From Candidatus Enterousia sp. (lineage in GTDB: Bacteria > Pseudomonadota > Alphaproteobacteria > Rs-D84), in the NCBI GenBank assembly GCA_045133095.1, contig JBGUTP010000016.1, positions 76,758 to 140,757 on the forward strand: a stretch of 64,000 bases of DNA. The letters are read 5' to 3'. The notes below the pieces were generated by a model. The model saw nothing but the letters and a program-made list of their open reading frames with translations, was not told where the DNA came from and did no database searches. Made by a program: the position numbers and the translations under genes. This document shows positions 49,169 to 59,365 of this stretch, piece by piece (the stretch's first letter is position 1; each line of letters opens with the position of its first letter).

Positions 49169-50011
49169 TTAAACCCCTGATTTTTGAAAACGGTTTGGAA
49201 TTTTTACAACGCGTTTTATCCCCAGCATGCCGGGTTTATCCCACGCATAGATTGGACGGAAAATACGCTGCATAATGCGGGCTATCCTTAGCCATCGTTC
49301 GTCGCGCGCCCGACGGTTGGTCACATCGTTGATTGTCCCGTTGCCACGACGACGTAAGTGGTTTACCCAGTCGGGACCACGAGATGCCGCCTTGGATACC
49401 AGCATGTCCATGTCAACCGCGCCAAAATGTAATAAATATAAATTAGGGTCAATGTGGAAATTGTGACCGTTTATGCTGTGAAACCCGCTGCCCCAGCGGA
49501 CAGGGCGGTTAATTACAACCGGTTTGGTATAGCGTGTGGATAGTAGGGCGTATGAACGCTGAGTCAGGAATGGTTTAGATGTGTCAAGTGGTTCTTCGTG
49601 TGTTAAGTGCTGGCCCACGTCCAGACCCAGACCAGATAGGGTGGTGTTGATTTCTTTGTTTGATAAATATTCAGATAAAGACGTGTTCAGGTCAGGGTCC
49701 ACAATTAAAAATTCATCACAGTCACAACCAATAACAATGTCATAGTCTTTTAATAAATGCGCCGCAAGGTCGGACATTTTGTTGATTCTGTATTTGTCGC
49801 CCGCAGCACGTGACATGTCAGTGTGGGGTAATTTTGTGATGTGGGCAGTATCCGCGTTTTCAGGGATGTCTTGGTCGGTCCCATCAAGGTATATGTATAA
49901 ATTGTCAGTGCCAATTTCGCGACCATAATATTCAATCCAGCGGGATAGAAAAAATGTGTCGTTTCGTGCCATCGTTATCGCGGCAATACGTTTTAAATTC
50001 TGTGTTTTCAT
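49169..50011 (-). CDS. GT-A fold glycosyltransferase (DxD), family uncertain
   Basis: AAITMARNDTFFLSRWIEYY...IYLDGTDQD...CDCDEFLIVDP. It has a DXD-like acidic motif and GT-A-like layout. Confidence 0.4.
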   Translation of the reverse strand: MKTQNLKRIAAITMARNDTFFLSRWIEYYGREIGTDNLYIYLDGTDQDIPENADTAHITKLPHTDMSRAAGDKYRINKMSDLAAHLLKDYDIVIGCDCDEFLIVDPDLNTSLSEYLSNKEINTTLSGLGLDVGQHLTHEEPLDTSKPFLTQRSYALLSTRYTKPVVINRPVRWGSGFHSINGHNFHIDPNLYLLHFGAVDMDMLVSKAASRGPDWVNHLRRRGNGTINDVTNRRARDERWLRIARIMQRIFRPIYAWDKPGMLGIKRVVKIPNRFQKSGV

Positions 50012-50856
50012 AATTTTCCCGTAAGTATTTTTTTTGTTGTGTGTTTTAATTGCCTGAAAAATATTTTTAATGGGTTTGTGGTTAATAACCAGTTTAGGTA
50101 TTTGTCGCCGTATTGCATCTGGGCAGAAAGTGTAATGGCAATGCGTGTGTCATCGTCAACATGGTTTAGTACATACAGAATCTGTCGCCCAAGTGAACCA
50201 TAGTGACGCGTAAATGCCAGTTTTTTCATAAATGGCATTTCGGCAATATATAATTTTTTTACCTGATTATAAATGCCGCGGTTTTTTACCGTATAGAGGC
50301 ACTTCCATGTCAGATTGTGTGCCAAAATCTTTTTTGATAAGCCGTGTTCATATTGACGGGTTATTTGACCCTTGGATGCAAGTTTTGTAACAGAACGAAT
50401 AAAAGTGTCGTACCAATTCGATAAAAATATACTGGGGCGCAGACCTATGAACCAAGATTGAATATGTGGGTGGTCTGTGTTTGGATTCTTGACCATTCCA
50501 AATCCGTCGGTCCCCATGTTTTCCATGCGTTCCAGATATGGCGCAATGTCGTATAATGGACCATATACAGAATCGTTGACCATATAAACATAGTCATAGT
50601 CAGAAAGATTTAGATTTTCAGTTGCCCATACGTATGCGCGTTTGTAAGAACCAAAATCATATTCGCCATGACGCACGCCATGCGCATAAAGTGTGATTTT
50701 GTTCAGTTTCTGTAATTCGGATTTTGGACAGTCTGAATCCATAAAAACAATAACGTCGCCAGATTGACTGAGTGCGCGAACATAATAAACCAGGGCAGGG
50801 TCAATCGTGCCATTTTTATCATAGCCCGCAAATAAAAATAAACGCTTGGGTTTCAT
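50008..50856 (-). CDS. RgpF/rhamnan-synthesis-F-like polysaccharide biosynthesis protein
   Basis: The N-terminus LFLFAGYDKNGTIDPALVYYVRAL matches the RgpF-family pattern FxxYDxxGxIDxxxxYY. Confidence 0.4.
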   Translation of the reverse strand: MKPKRLFLFAGYDKNGTIDPALVYYVRALSQSGDVIVFMDSDCPKSELQKLNKITLYAHGVRHGEYDFGSYKRAYVWATENLNLSDYDYVYMVNDSVYGPLYDIAPYLERMENMGTDGFGMVKNPNTDHPHIQSWFIGLRPSIFLSNWYDTFIRSVTKLASKGQITRQYEHGLSKKILAHNLTWKCLYTVKNRGIYNQVKKLYIAEMPFMKKLAFTRHYGSLGRQILYVLNHVDDDTRIAITLSAQMQYGDKYLNWLLTTNPLKIFFRQLKHTTKKILTGKL

Positions 50857-50941
50857 ATCTTATAATTTACATGTTTTTTCTTGTTTTTGCAACTAATCAC
50901 TTTATAGCCAAAAAGAACACGCCACAGGTGTGGCGTGCGGA

Positions 50942-52774
50942 TTATTCTTCGATGTGTTTTTTCAGTTTTTTACGTGTGTTGCTGTCCAATTCTTTCTTGC
51001 GCAGACGAATTGTGTCGGGGGTAACTTCGACCAGTTCGTCGTCCAGGATATAGGACAGGGCTTCTTCCAGCGAGATACGACGTGGTGGCGCCAAGAATAA
51101 CTTTTCGTCGGCGGTGACCGAACGCATGTTTGTTAATTCTTTGCCCTTGATTGGGTTGACTTCCAAATCGTTTTCTTTGCTGTGTTCACCTATAATCATA
51201 CCAGAATAAACTTCGGTTTGGGGTTCAATGAACAATGTGCCACGTGGTTGCAGATTAAACAGTGCGTATGTGGCGGCACTGCCTTTTTCCATTGATACCA
51301 AGACCCCTGGGCGGTATTGCTGAATCGCACCACGATAAAGGTCGTATTTATCAAATACACGGTTCATGATACCTGTGCCGCGGGTGTCGGTGCGGAATTC
51401 TGATAGGTAACCAATCAGACCACGTGATGGGGCGGAAAATACAATGCGTGTTTTGCCGGCGCCACTTGCCTTCATTTCGGTAATTGTGGCCTTGCGCTTG
51501 GTCATTTTTTCAATTACGACACCAGAAAATTCGTCATCTACGTCGATTACAACATCTTCGATTGGTTCCAGTTTGTTTCCGTTTTCGTCTGTCTGCATCA
51601 CAACGCGTGGGCGGGATACAGACAGTTCAAATCCTTCGCGGCGCATTGTTTCAATTAAAATCCCCAATTGTAATTCGCCACGACCAGAAACTTCGAATGC
51701 TTCGTTGTTTTCGCTTTGTTCAACACGCAGGGCGATGTTTGTTTCGGCTTCTTTGAACAGGCGTTCGCCAATCATGCGTGATGTTAATTTTTTACCACTT
51801 TTGCCCGCCAAGGGTGATGTGTTTACAAAGAATGTCATGGTCAGGGTTGGTGGGTCAATCGGCATGGCAGGAATTGGTTCGGAAACGCTTGGGTCGCACA
51901 GAGTGTCCGCCACAGTTGCTTTGGAAAAACCTGCCACAACAACAATGTCACCAGCAGATGCAGTGTCGCGTGAAATCTTTTCAACGCCACGGTGTTCGAT
52001 GATTTTTGTAATTTTTGCATTTTCGATAAATTCGCCGTTGCGATTGATTGCCTTGACTGATTGACCAACACGGACAGTGCCTGATTCAATTTTGCCGGTC
52101 AGAATGCGACCAACGTATGGGTCCGCTTCTAGTGTGGTTGCCAACATTGTAAATGGTGCATCTAATTGACAGCGACTGCCATTGCAATCTGGGGCGGGAA
52201 CATGGTCAACAATTAGTTGGAACAATGGGGTTAAATCTTTGCGTTCATCATTTAAATCGCGTACCGCCCAACCATCACGGCCGACCGAATACAAGTATGG
52301 AAAATCAAGTTGAGAATCCGTCGCACCCAATTTATCAAACAAGTCAAATGTTTCAGACAAAACTTCGTCTGGGCGGGCGTCGGAACGGTCGATTTTGTTA
52401 ATGCATACAATCGGACGCAGCCCCAGTTTTAATGCCTTGGATAATACGAATTTAGTTTGGGGCAGGGGACCTTCGGAACTGTCCACCAATAATACAACGC
52501 CGTCAACCATGGACAGGATTCGTTCAACTTCGCCGCCAAAGTCCGCGTGACCCGGTGTGTCAACGATGTTAATTTTGTATTCGCCCCATTGGATAGACGT
52601 TGGTTTTGCGGAAATGGTAATGCCGCGTTCGCGTTCGATGTCGCCGCTGTCCATGACGCGGTCGTCAATTTTTTCGTTTTCGCGGAATGTTCCCGCCTGT
52701 TTCAGCATGTTGTCAACCAGTGTCGTCTTGCCGTGGTCAACGTGTGCGATAATTGCTATGTTGCGAATTTTCAT
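50942..52774 (-). CDS. typA: Translational GTPase TypA/BipA
   Basis: IRNIAIIAHVDHGKTTLVD, DTPGHADF, NKID and an EF-G-like domain series. The start was set at MKIRNIAII. Confidence 0.9.
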   Translation of the reverse strand: MKIRNIAIIAHVDHGKTTLVDNMLKQAGTFRENEKIDDRVMDSGDIERERGITISAKPTSIQWGEYKINIVDTPGHADFGGEVERILSMVDGVVLLVDSSEGPLPQTKFVLSKALKLGLRPIVCINKIDRSDARPDEVLSETFDLFDKLGATDSQLDFPYLYSVGRDGWAVRDLNDERKDLTPLFQLIVDHVPAPDCNGSRCQLDAPFTMLATTLEADPYVGRILTGKIESGTVRVGQSVKAINRNGEFIENAKITKIIEHRGVEKISRDTASAGDIVVVAGFSKATVADTLCDPSVSEPIPAMPIDPPTLTMTFFVNTSPLAGKSGKKLTSRMIGERLFKEAETNIALRVEQSENNEAFEVSGRGELQLGILIETMRREGFELSVSRPRVVMQTDENGNKLEPIEDVVIDVDDEFSGVVIEKMTKRKATITEMKASGAGKTRIVFSAPSRGLIGYLSEFRTDTRGTGIMNRVFDKYDLYRGAIQQYRPGVLVSMEKGSAATYALFNLQPRGTLFIEPQTEVYSGMIIGEHSKENDLEVNPIKGKELTNMRSVTADEKLFLAPPRRISLEEALSYILDDELVEVTPDTIRLRKKELDSNTRKKLKKHIEE

Positions 52775-52920
52775 GTTTTGCCCCACTTTATTTTGTTTAA
52801 TCGGGTACAGGGTATAATTAATTAAATGAATTTTCAACTTTTTTTATATCAAATATTGACGTTTTGTAAAATTTGTCTATATTAGTGGTGTGAGTTTGAT
52901 AGAAATAAAAGGAGTTCGAT

Positions 52921-53484
52921 ATGACAAAGAAGATTACAGAGCATGAAGTGCGTGTGGCAATTGAGAATGGATTTAAAAGTCTGTATGAGTTGGCACGTTT
53001 AAAGGTTAAGGGTAACTGGGATAAGTGTGATTTGTCGCAAAAGTATAATGCGGGGCGTGGACTGGTTCGTATGTGCGATGTCGCAAAGAATCCGAGTGAG
53101 AATTTTTCACGTGCAACAACAGCGGCAGCGTGGAAACAGAGGGTTTCAGATTGGGCAGCAAAAAACGATGTTCCGGCAGAACAGGCGTGGAATGGATACT
53201 ATATTGTTCAGGACCCAGCAAGTGTGGTTATGCAAAAAATTACCCCTGTGTTTCATGTGTTGAAGGATGGTGATATGTACTGTCAGATTGCACGCTTTTT
53301 CAGTTTGGTTCAAAAATGGGAATATGGACATACGTCACAAAAAGCAGCAGACAGATATGCCGCGCAGGGGGTGGCGGATGCTTTGATTATGTGTTCCGCG
53401 GATTTGAAAAAGCAGTTGGATATTAAAAAATGTAATCCGATATTGCGTCCGGTTAAATCATTTCTGTATCAGATTCAAAGATAA
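52921..53484 (+). CDS. Hypothetical protein (187 aa)
   Basis: A clean ORF with an SD. I recognise no family. Confidence 0.35.
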   Translation: MTKKITEHEVRVAIENGFKSLYELARLKVKGNWDKCDLSQKYNAGRGLVRMCDVAKNPSENFSRATTAAAWKQRVSDWAAKNDVPAEQAWNGYYIVQDPASVVMQKITPVFHVLKDGDMYCQIARFFSLVQKWEYGHTSQKAADRYAAQGVADALIMCSADLKKQLDIKKCNPILRPVKSFLYQIQR

Positions 53485-53510
53485 AAAAACGCCCGTTTGG
53501 GCGTTTTTTT
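53484..53510. terminator. Bidirectional terminator between the hypothetical gene and serS
   Basis: Hairpin aacgcccgtttgggcgtt flanked by A7 and T7. Confidence 0.6.
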
Positions 53511-54786
53511 AATGTTTGCCACCGATTTTTGTGCGACCACCCATCAGTGGTTGCAGACACTTTGGAATGTTGACCGAACCGTCTGGGTTTTGGTGGTTTT
53601 CAATTACCGGTACAATCGCACGTGGCAGGGCAATGCCTGTGTTGTTTAATGTCGCACAGAATTGCATGTTGCCATTTTTGTCGCGAAAGCGCGTATTGGT
53701 GCGGCGGGCCTGGAATTGACCAATCGAAGAACAAGAACCCAGTTCACGATAGGTGCCTTCACTTGGGAACCAGGCTTCGACGTCGTGCATTTTTACTTTG
53801 TTAAAGCCCATGTCGCCAGTACATGCCGCAATTACGCGATATGGTAATTCCAAATCTGCCATAACTTCGCACAGATTGTTTAGTAAATGTTCGTGCATTT
53901 CGTCCGACTGTTCTGGGGTGCAGTAAATGTACTGTTCGACTTTGTTAAATTGATGTATACGCACAATTCCGCGGGTGTCACGACCGGCAGCACCGGCTTC
54001 TTTGCGAAAGCATGGTGAAAAACCAGCGTATTTTATAGGTAGGTCTTTTTCATTTAAAACTTCGTCGCTGTGCAGGGAATTTAAGATAATTTCCGCAGTG
54101 CCAGCCAGGCAGCGGTCTGTGTCAGACAACATAAATACGTCGTTTGCCATAACCGCAGGGTCAGACCCCATAAAGTGACCAGCGTTAAATATGGTTTGTG
54201 GCTTGGTTATCGATGGGCAGTTTACGAATGTAAAGCCTTTGCCGATTAATTTTTGCAGAACGTATGTCTGGATGGCCAGTTCAAGTTCGGCGGCTTCGCC
54301 AAATAGGGCATAGGTGCGTGTGCCGCAAATGTTGGCAATTTTTTCAGGTTGCCACCAACCATTCATTTCCAGCAGGTCCCATTGCGCGCGTGGCGTAAAG
54401 TCAAATTCGCGTGGCGTGCCAACACGACGGACTTCGACGTTTTCAGTATCGTCGCGACCAATTGGGGCGTCGTCTGATGGAATTTGTGGAACGCGATGTA
54501 ACAGGTCGTCTAATGTTTTTTCTTTGTCCGCCAGTTCAGCCATATCGGCAGCGATTTCGGCACCGATTTCTTTGCTGCGTGCGATTAAAGGTGCTTTGTC
54601 CGTGGCAGTCGGAATTTCACGCGTTATTTTGTTTTTTTCGGCGGTTTTGCTTTGTGTGATTGTTTTTAATTCACGAACGCGGATGTCCAGTGCCAAGATT
54701 TCATCGGTCTTGTCGGCAATGCCTTTAAGTTGACAGGCGCGCTTTACAACATCTGGATTTTCACGAATAAATTTCATGTCTAGCAT
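53509..54786 (-). CDS. serS: Serine--tRNA ligase
   Basis: An N-terminal coiled-coil arm and class II motifs (FRKEAGAAGRDTRGIVRIHQF). Confidence 0.95.
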   Translation of the reverse strand: MLDMKFIRENPDVVKRACQLKGIADKTDEILALDIRVRELKTITQSKTAEKNKITREIPTATDKAPLIARSKEIGAEIAADMAELADKEKTLDDLLHRVPQIPSDDAPIGRDDTENVEVRRVGTPREFDFTPRAQWDLLEMNGWWQPEKIANICGTRTYALFGEAAELELAIQTYVLQKLIGKGFTFVNCPSITKPQTIFNAGHFMGSDPAVMANDVFMLSDTDRCLAGTAEIILNSLHSDEVLNEKDLPIKYAGFSPCFRKEAGAAGRDTRGIVRIHQFNKVEQYIYCTPEQSDEMHEHLLNNLCEVMADLELPYRVIAACTGDMGFNKVKMHDVEAWFPSEGTYRELGSCSSIGQFQARRTNTRFRDKNGNMQFCATLNNTGIALPRAIVPVIENHQNPDGSVNIPKCLQPLMGGRTKIGGKH

Positions 54787-55040
54787 AATAAAAGTCCTTT
54801 GATATACGATTTTAATATTTTGTTATAACTGATTGTTTTTTTGTAATTAATGTGCGCAATAATCTATTCCCCAAATGGGGATGATGAAAAACTGGAAAAT
54901 GTAATGTTGAATTTCATATCATAAGGATTATAAAACTATTTTGTTTTTTTTGCAACAGTTTCGTTGGTGTTGATTTTTGTTTGCATATTATGATTTTTTT
55001 TGTATCCTGGGGCCAGAACTTATAAGGAAAGGTTAGTATT

Positions 55041-55940
55041 ATGTATGATGTTATTATCTTGGGGTCGGGACCCGCAGGATTAACCGCAGCGTTATATACA
55101 GCGCGCGCAAATAAAAAAACTGTCGTTCTGGGCGGTGATAGATTAGGCGGACAGACCGCAGGAATTGCCGTGTTGGAAAATTATCCAGGATGGGCAGGCA
55201 GTGGTTTAGAGTTAGCGCAGTTTATGAAAAATCAAGCAGAAACATTTGGTGCGACTGTAGAATTTGTAAGTGCAAAAAATATTTCAGGTGATGCGGAAAA
55301 TGGATTCGTGGTTGCGTGTGATAATGGTGCAGAATACAAAGGGCGCGCAATTATTATCGCAACAGGTGCCAGTCCACGTAAATTAGAAATCGAAGGCGCA
55401 CGTGAATTGATGGGGCGCGGTGTTTCGTACTGTGCAACGTGTGATGGATTCTTTTACAGTGGAAAAACAGTTATGGTTATGGGGGGCGGAAACAGTGCGT
55501 TGAATGATGCGTTGTATTTGGCTGACTTGGCAAAAAATGTAAAAATAGTTTATCGCAAGGGGGCGTTTACGCGGGCAGAAGCCGTATTGCGCGAACGTGT
55601 CGCGGCGCGTGATAATATTGAATGCCTGTTCAATACAGACTTGGCAAAAGTCGCCCTGAAGCCTGATTCCGAAGATGGAGAATTAATCGTAACAACCACC
55701 GCCGGTCAGGAAATTGTTGTTGATGGGTTGTTCGTTGCAATTGGACATGAAGCCAATACTGATTTCTTGTCCGAAGATGTTAAACGTGATAATCTGGGGC
55801 GTTTGGCACCGTCTGCAATGCCCACAGGCATCTTTGTTGCAGGTGATGTTCATTCAGAACTGAAAATGCAAATCGCAACAGCCGTAGGAACAGGGTGTAG
55901 CGCAGGCATGGATGCCATAGCGTACCTAAATAAAATCTAA
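55041..55940 (+). CDS. trxB: Thioredoxin reductase
   Basis: GSGPAG FAD motif, the CATCDG redox-active disulfide and GGGNSA NADPH motif. Confidence 0.9.
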   Translation: MYDVIILGSGPAGLTAALYTARANKKTVVLGGDRLGGQTAGIAVLENYPGWAGSGLELAQFMKNQAETFGATVEFVSAKNISGDAENGFVVACDNGAEYKGRAIIIATGASPRKLEIEGARELMGRGVSYCATCDGFFYSGKTVMVMGGGNSALNDALYLADLAKNVKIVYRKGAFTRAEAVLRERVAARDNIECLFNTDLAKVALKPDSEDGELIVTTTAGQEIVVDGLFVAIGHEANTDFLSEDVKRDNLGRLAPSAMPTGIFVAGDVHSELKMQIATAVGTGCSAGMDAIAYLNKI

Positions 55941-55966
55941 TGATGTATCTATGGGCGGGGGGGCGC
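55930..55966. repeat. Truncated (left-half) copy of the REP-like element, overlapping the trxB stop codon
   Basis: aaatctaatgatgtatctatgggcggggggg matches the left end of the 61.9-kb copies (aaatctaatggcgtatctacgggcggggg). Confidence 0.5.
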
Positions 55967-55977
55967 TAAATATTTCC

Positions 55978-56005
55978 TTGCATTTTATTTCATTTGGTAT
56001 ATAAT
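55978..56005 (+). promoter_or_regulatory. Sigma70-like promoter for tRNA-Gly(-Tyr)
   Basis: TTGCAT, a 16-nt spacer and TATAAT, about 20 nt upstream of tRNA-Gly. Confidence 0.45.
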
Positions 56006-56025
56006 CAGTGGGCTTTGAATTTGTT

Positions 56026-56100
56026 GCGGGCATAGTACAAAGGCTAGTATGCAAGCCTTCCAAGCTTGAAATGCGGGTTCGATTCCCGCTGCCCGCACCA
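56026..56100 (+). tRNA. tRNA-Gly (TCC)
   Basis: Acceptor GCGGGCA/TGCCCGC, anticodon loop CTTCCAA, T-arm GCGGGTTCGATTCCCGC and a CCA end. Confidence 0.9.
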
Positions 56101-56214
56101 AAAAATTGTGAAAAATGGAATCTGCTTGATTTTGATTCCGGTCGTGTACGCTTTGTACACTCACCTTTATCAAAATCGTCGCATCTTCTCGTTTTTGACA
56201 ATTTTTAGGAGATT

Positions 56215-56301
56215 GGGCGTGCGCCGGAGTTGGAGAGCCGGGGCAGACTGTAAATCTGTTGGCTTAAGCCTGAGCTGGTTCGAATCCAGCCACTCCCACC
56301 A
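56215..56301 (+). tRNA. tRNA-Tyr (GTA), long variable arm
   Basis: Anticodon stem-loop GCAGA-CTGTAAA-TCTGT, long variable arm GGCTTAAGCC and T-arm GCTGGTTCGAATCCAGC. The discriminator is A with a CCA end. There is one acceptor-stem mismatch at 4:69 by my reading. Confidence 0.8.
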
Positions 56302-56307
56302 CTAATA

Positions 56308-56336
56308 AAAAAGACCGCACTTGGCGGTCTTTTTTA
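56308..56336. terminator. Bidirectional terminator
   Basis: Hairpin gaccgcacttggcggtc flanked by an A-run and a T-run. Confidence 0.6.
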
Positions 56337-56352
56337 TTAGTATGAATTGTGG

Positions 56353-57981
56353 TTATTCGTAAATTTCGTATTCTTCGATGTATGAACGACCAACGCGTTC
56401 AAGTTTGACAGGGGTGTAATTTTCCGCGCGGATGGTGTCACCGTCTTCTTCGGGCATGATTGTGATAAGTTCGCTTTTTTGGACAACCGGTGCGCTGGTT
56501 GTGTTCGCGCCAAGGGTTTTGCTGCGATATTTAAAACGGTAACGGTCGGGAATCGTTATATAGTTGTCTGGGTCAATGCCAGATGTTTGTAATTCCATGG
56601 ATGGGGCAGGGGTTATGTGATTCTGCTGGATATTGTATAGTGGTTCCAGGAAATTGTTCGGGGCGTCCTTGACCAGGCGTGGTGTGCCAGATGCGTCCAG
56701 TTCAACAATACGCAGGGCGCGTTCTGATGCGCCGTTTGGATGAATGCGGAAAAGACCGTCCGTGCCAAGGTAACCGCTGGGGTTCAAAAGATATGCCGCA
56801 GTTGATTTGTTTGAATAAATCATGCCAATTGCAAAGTTGGTCGCGTCATAACCAAATGTCGCAAGACGGTTCGGTAGGGTGCCAGAGATAAGTGAATATG
56901 TGTTAGAAAAGGTTGGGTCTGTATCGGGCATGGTTGCATATTTTGCACCAGACATCGTAAAGTCAGATGCTATGTTGGAACCTTCCCACATTGTGGTGCC
57001 GTATAAACGTGCATCAGATGCGCCCACATTGTAATAGCGCAAAAATGATGTCAGCGCCTGAGTGTCGTCGCCACCGCCCAGGAATAATATGGCGTTGTAT
57101 GGCACAGGACCAAGGGTTTCCGTGCGTGATAATTTGGTTAATTGGTGATTAAGATTTGATTTTTCCAATGATGTTAATTTTTCATTTATAAGAATGTCTG
57201 ATAAAACCTGGCGGGCGCGGGTGTGGGCAGACGTGCGCGCATTGTTCATTGATGCAGATAACGCAGCAGATTTTATAGAATCTGTGTCTTTTTCTTTGTA
57301 GTAAAATATGCCAGATAATGGAATGTTGTAAATTTCTGATGCGCTTTTTGCAGCACCTGCCATTAAGTGACCAGAATCAGTGTCGGGTGCCATGACGATA
57401 AAGTTTTGAACACCGTCAATCTGCATTTCTTGGATTATTGTTTCTATGCCGTTCGTTGGCATAAGTGCCATGGTCATTACACCGTCGCCAAGGACGGTCG
57501 CATCTGATGTAAATGATAATACAGGTATGTCAGATGTTCTGGATTGCTTTACCAGGCGGGTGTCGGCAGAAAATACAGGACCCAGGATAACCTCGGGTTG
57601 TGTTGCAAGAATGGTGGGCATCTGTTCAGATAGATTGTCGTTGGTATCATAGAAAGATACAGATAAATTCTTTGGCGCGTTTTGCAGTATTGCCGCCTCG
57701 ACAGAAGTGCGTATCGTGCGACCAACAGATGCGTTAGTGCCAGACAGCGGTAATAAAACCGCCATGTTATATGTGTCTGATGTCGATAGGTCCGTGCCAT
57801 AGCCGTCGGATTGGGTGCCGTACAGCATTTGAACCGGCGTGCCAGTTGTCATGGCGTCGTATTCCGAAAACCAATCTGTTGCAGAGGTGGATGATTTGTC
57901 GCCACCAGTTGTGCAACCAGATAAAACGCCAAGTGCCAGTAAGTATCTAAAAAATCTGTTCTTAAACATTGAAATATCCAT
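56353..57981 (-). CDS. LppC/LpoA-family lipoprotein (periplasmic-binding-protein-like domain)
   Basis: Lipobox LSGC. The central segment AVLLPLSGTNASVGRTIRTSVEAAIL is typical of LpoA/LppC PBP-type domains. Confidence 0.35.
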   Translation of the reverse strand: MDISMFKNRFFRYLLALGVLSGCTTGGDKSSTSATDWFSEYDAMTTGTPVQMLYGTQSDGYGTDLSTSDTYNMAVLLPLSGTNASVGRTIRTSVEAAILQNAPKNLSVSFYDTNDNLSEQMPTILATQPEVILGPVFSADTRLVKQSRTSDIPVLSFTSDATVLGDGVMTMALMPTNGIETIIQEMQIDGVQNFIVMAPDTDSGHLMAGAAKSASEIYNIPLSGIFYYKEKDTDSIKSAALSASMNNARTSAHTRARQVLSDILINEKLTSLEKSNLNHQLTKLSRTETLGPVPYNAILFLGGGDDTQALTSFLRYYNVGASDARLYGTTMWEGSNIASDFTMSGAKYATMPDTDPTFSNTYSLISGTLPNRLATFGYDATNFAIGMIYSNKSTAAYLLNPSGYLGTDGLFRIHPNGASERALRIVELDASGTPRLVKDAPNNFLEPLYNIQQNHITPAPSMELQTSGIDPDNYITIPDRYRFKYRSKTLGANTTSAPVVQKSELITIMPEEDGDTIRAENYTPVKLERVGRSYIEEYEIYE

Positions 57982-58017
57982 TTTATTCTGTATCATTTTA
58001 CTATAAAAGGATTAAGA

Positions 58018-58818
58018 ATGCAAACCGGGCTTTATGTTGTTGGAACACCTATTGGAAATTTGGCGGATATGTCGCCACGTGCCATCGATATTTTGAAAGG
58101 CGTTGATTTGATTGCCGCAGAAGATACACGTGTCTTTGGTAAGTTGGCGGCACATTTCGATATCAAAACAAAAAGAATTTCATGTCATGAACATAATGAA
58201 CGTGATGTCGTACCAGAAATCATAGAAAAAATTCAGACAGGGTGCGCGGTTGCAACGGTGTCTGATGCCGGGATGCCAGGAATTTCAGACCCGGGATTTA
58301 GGTTGGTGCGTGCCGCACGTGCCGCAGGGGTGCCTGTGTTTGTGGTGCCAGGGCCGGTGGCGGCAATAAGTGCGCTGGTGTTGAGTGGATTCCCAACAGA
58401 TAGATTTACATTCTGTGGTTTTTTTGATGAAAAAAAATTAAGAGATGATAATAAAATAGCGCATACGATTATTTACTATGAAAGTCCAAATCGAATTATG
58501 GCGACAATTGCGGCTTTGGCACGTGTGATGCCGGAAAGAAAAATCGCAATTGTACGTGAAATTACAAAAATTCATGAAGAAACATTAATCGGATATCCTG
58601 CAGAACTGATGAATATAACACCGCCACGTGGGGAAATTGTTATTGTGGTGGCACCAAGGCCGGAAAGAAAAATGTCTGACCAGGAAATTTCTGATATAGT
58701 AAATGATATTGCAGCAACGTCTGTGAAATCTGCCGCCGCAGAATTAGCAGCAAGGACAGGTATTTCAAAAAAAGAAGCGTATAGGCGGATGCTGAATAAG
58801 GGGGAAGCGGATGATTAA
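58018..58818 (+). CDS. rsmI: 16S rRNA (cytidine1402-2'-O)-methyltransferase
   Basis: LYVVGTPIGNLADMSPRA...AAEDTR is the tetrapyrrole-methylase-like RsmI N-terminus. Confidence 0.85.
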   Translation: MQTGLYVVGTPIGNLADMSPRAIDILKGVDLIAAEDTRVFGKLAAHFDIKTKRISCHEHNERDVVPEIIEKIQTGCAVATVSDAGMPGISDPGFRLVRAARAAGVPVFVVPGPVAAISALVLSGFPTDRFTFCGFFDEKKLRDDNKIAHTIIYYESPNRIMATIAALARVMPERKIAIVREITKIHEETLIGYPAELMNITPPRGEIVIVVAPRPERKMSDQEISDIVNDIAATSVKSAAAELAARTGISKKEAYRRMLNKGEADD

Positions 58819-59365
58819 ATTTGTTGGCAGTTTCGAAACTGTTCAAAGTTTGCCAAATTCACAATTTGCAGAGTATGCCTTTATTGGACGCAGTAATGTG
58901 GGAAAGTCGTCGTTGATTAATGCGGTGGTGGGGTCGCCTGTGGCACGGACGTCAAATACCCCGGGGCGTACACAAAGTTTAAATCTGTTCAATGTTGATG
59001 GGCGGGTGATGATTGTTGATTTGCCTGGGTATGGTTACGCCAAAGTGTCAAAAGTTGATGCGATGAGGTGGCTGAAAAGATTGGAAGAATATCTGTTGAC
59101 ACGTCGGCAGTTAAAAAGACTGTTTATATTGATAGATTCCAGAATAGGGGCGCGTGATTCCGATTTGGATTTAATGGATTTTTGTGATGCTAATGCAATT
59201 CCATATCAAATCGTTTATACAAAAAAAGATAAAAAAGTACGTGAAGAAAAACAAGTCGAATTAAAGCATACTGACCATGGCGCAATGTTGCCAGAGGTGC
59301 TGATGACGTCGGCGGAAAAAAAGACAGGATTAGAACCAATAAGGATTACTCTTGGCATCAAATAA
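58811..59365 (+). CDS. engB: Ribosome biogenesis GTPase EngB/YsxC
   Basis: EYAFIGRSNVGKSSLINA, DLPGYGYA and TKKD (NKxD-like) motifs. Confidence 0.85.
   Translation: MIKFVGSFETVQSLPNSQFAEYAFIGRSNVGKSSLINAVVGSPVARTSNTPGRTQSLNLFNVDGRVMIVDLPGYGYAKVSKVDAMRWLKRLEEYLLTRRQLKRLFILIDSRIGARDSDLDLMDFCDANAIPYQIVYTKKDKKVREEKQVELKHTDHGAMLPEVLMTSAEKKTGLEPIRITLGIK

Noticed and set aside
51444-52064. 206-aa ORF antisense to typA, and similar ORFs 51484-51756, 51778-52002 and 52153-52401
   Set aside because: They are entirely embedded antisense or out of frame within a highly conserved GTPase gene. They have Ser/Arg-rich low-complexity composition typical of shadow ORFs.
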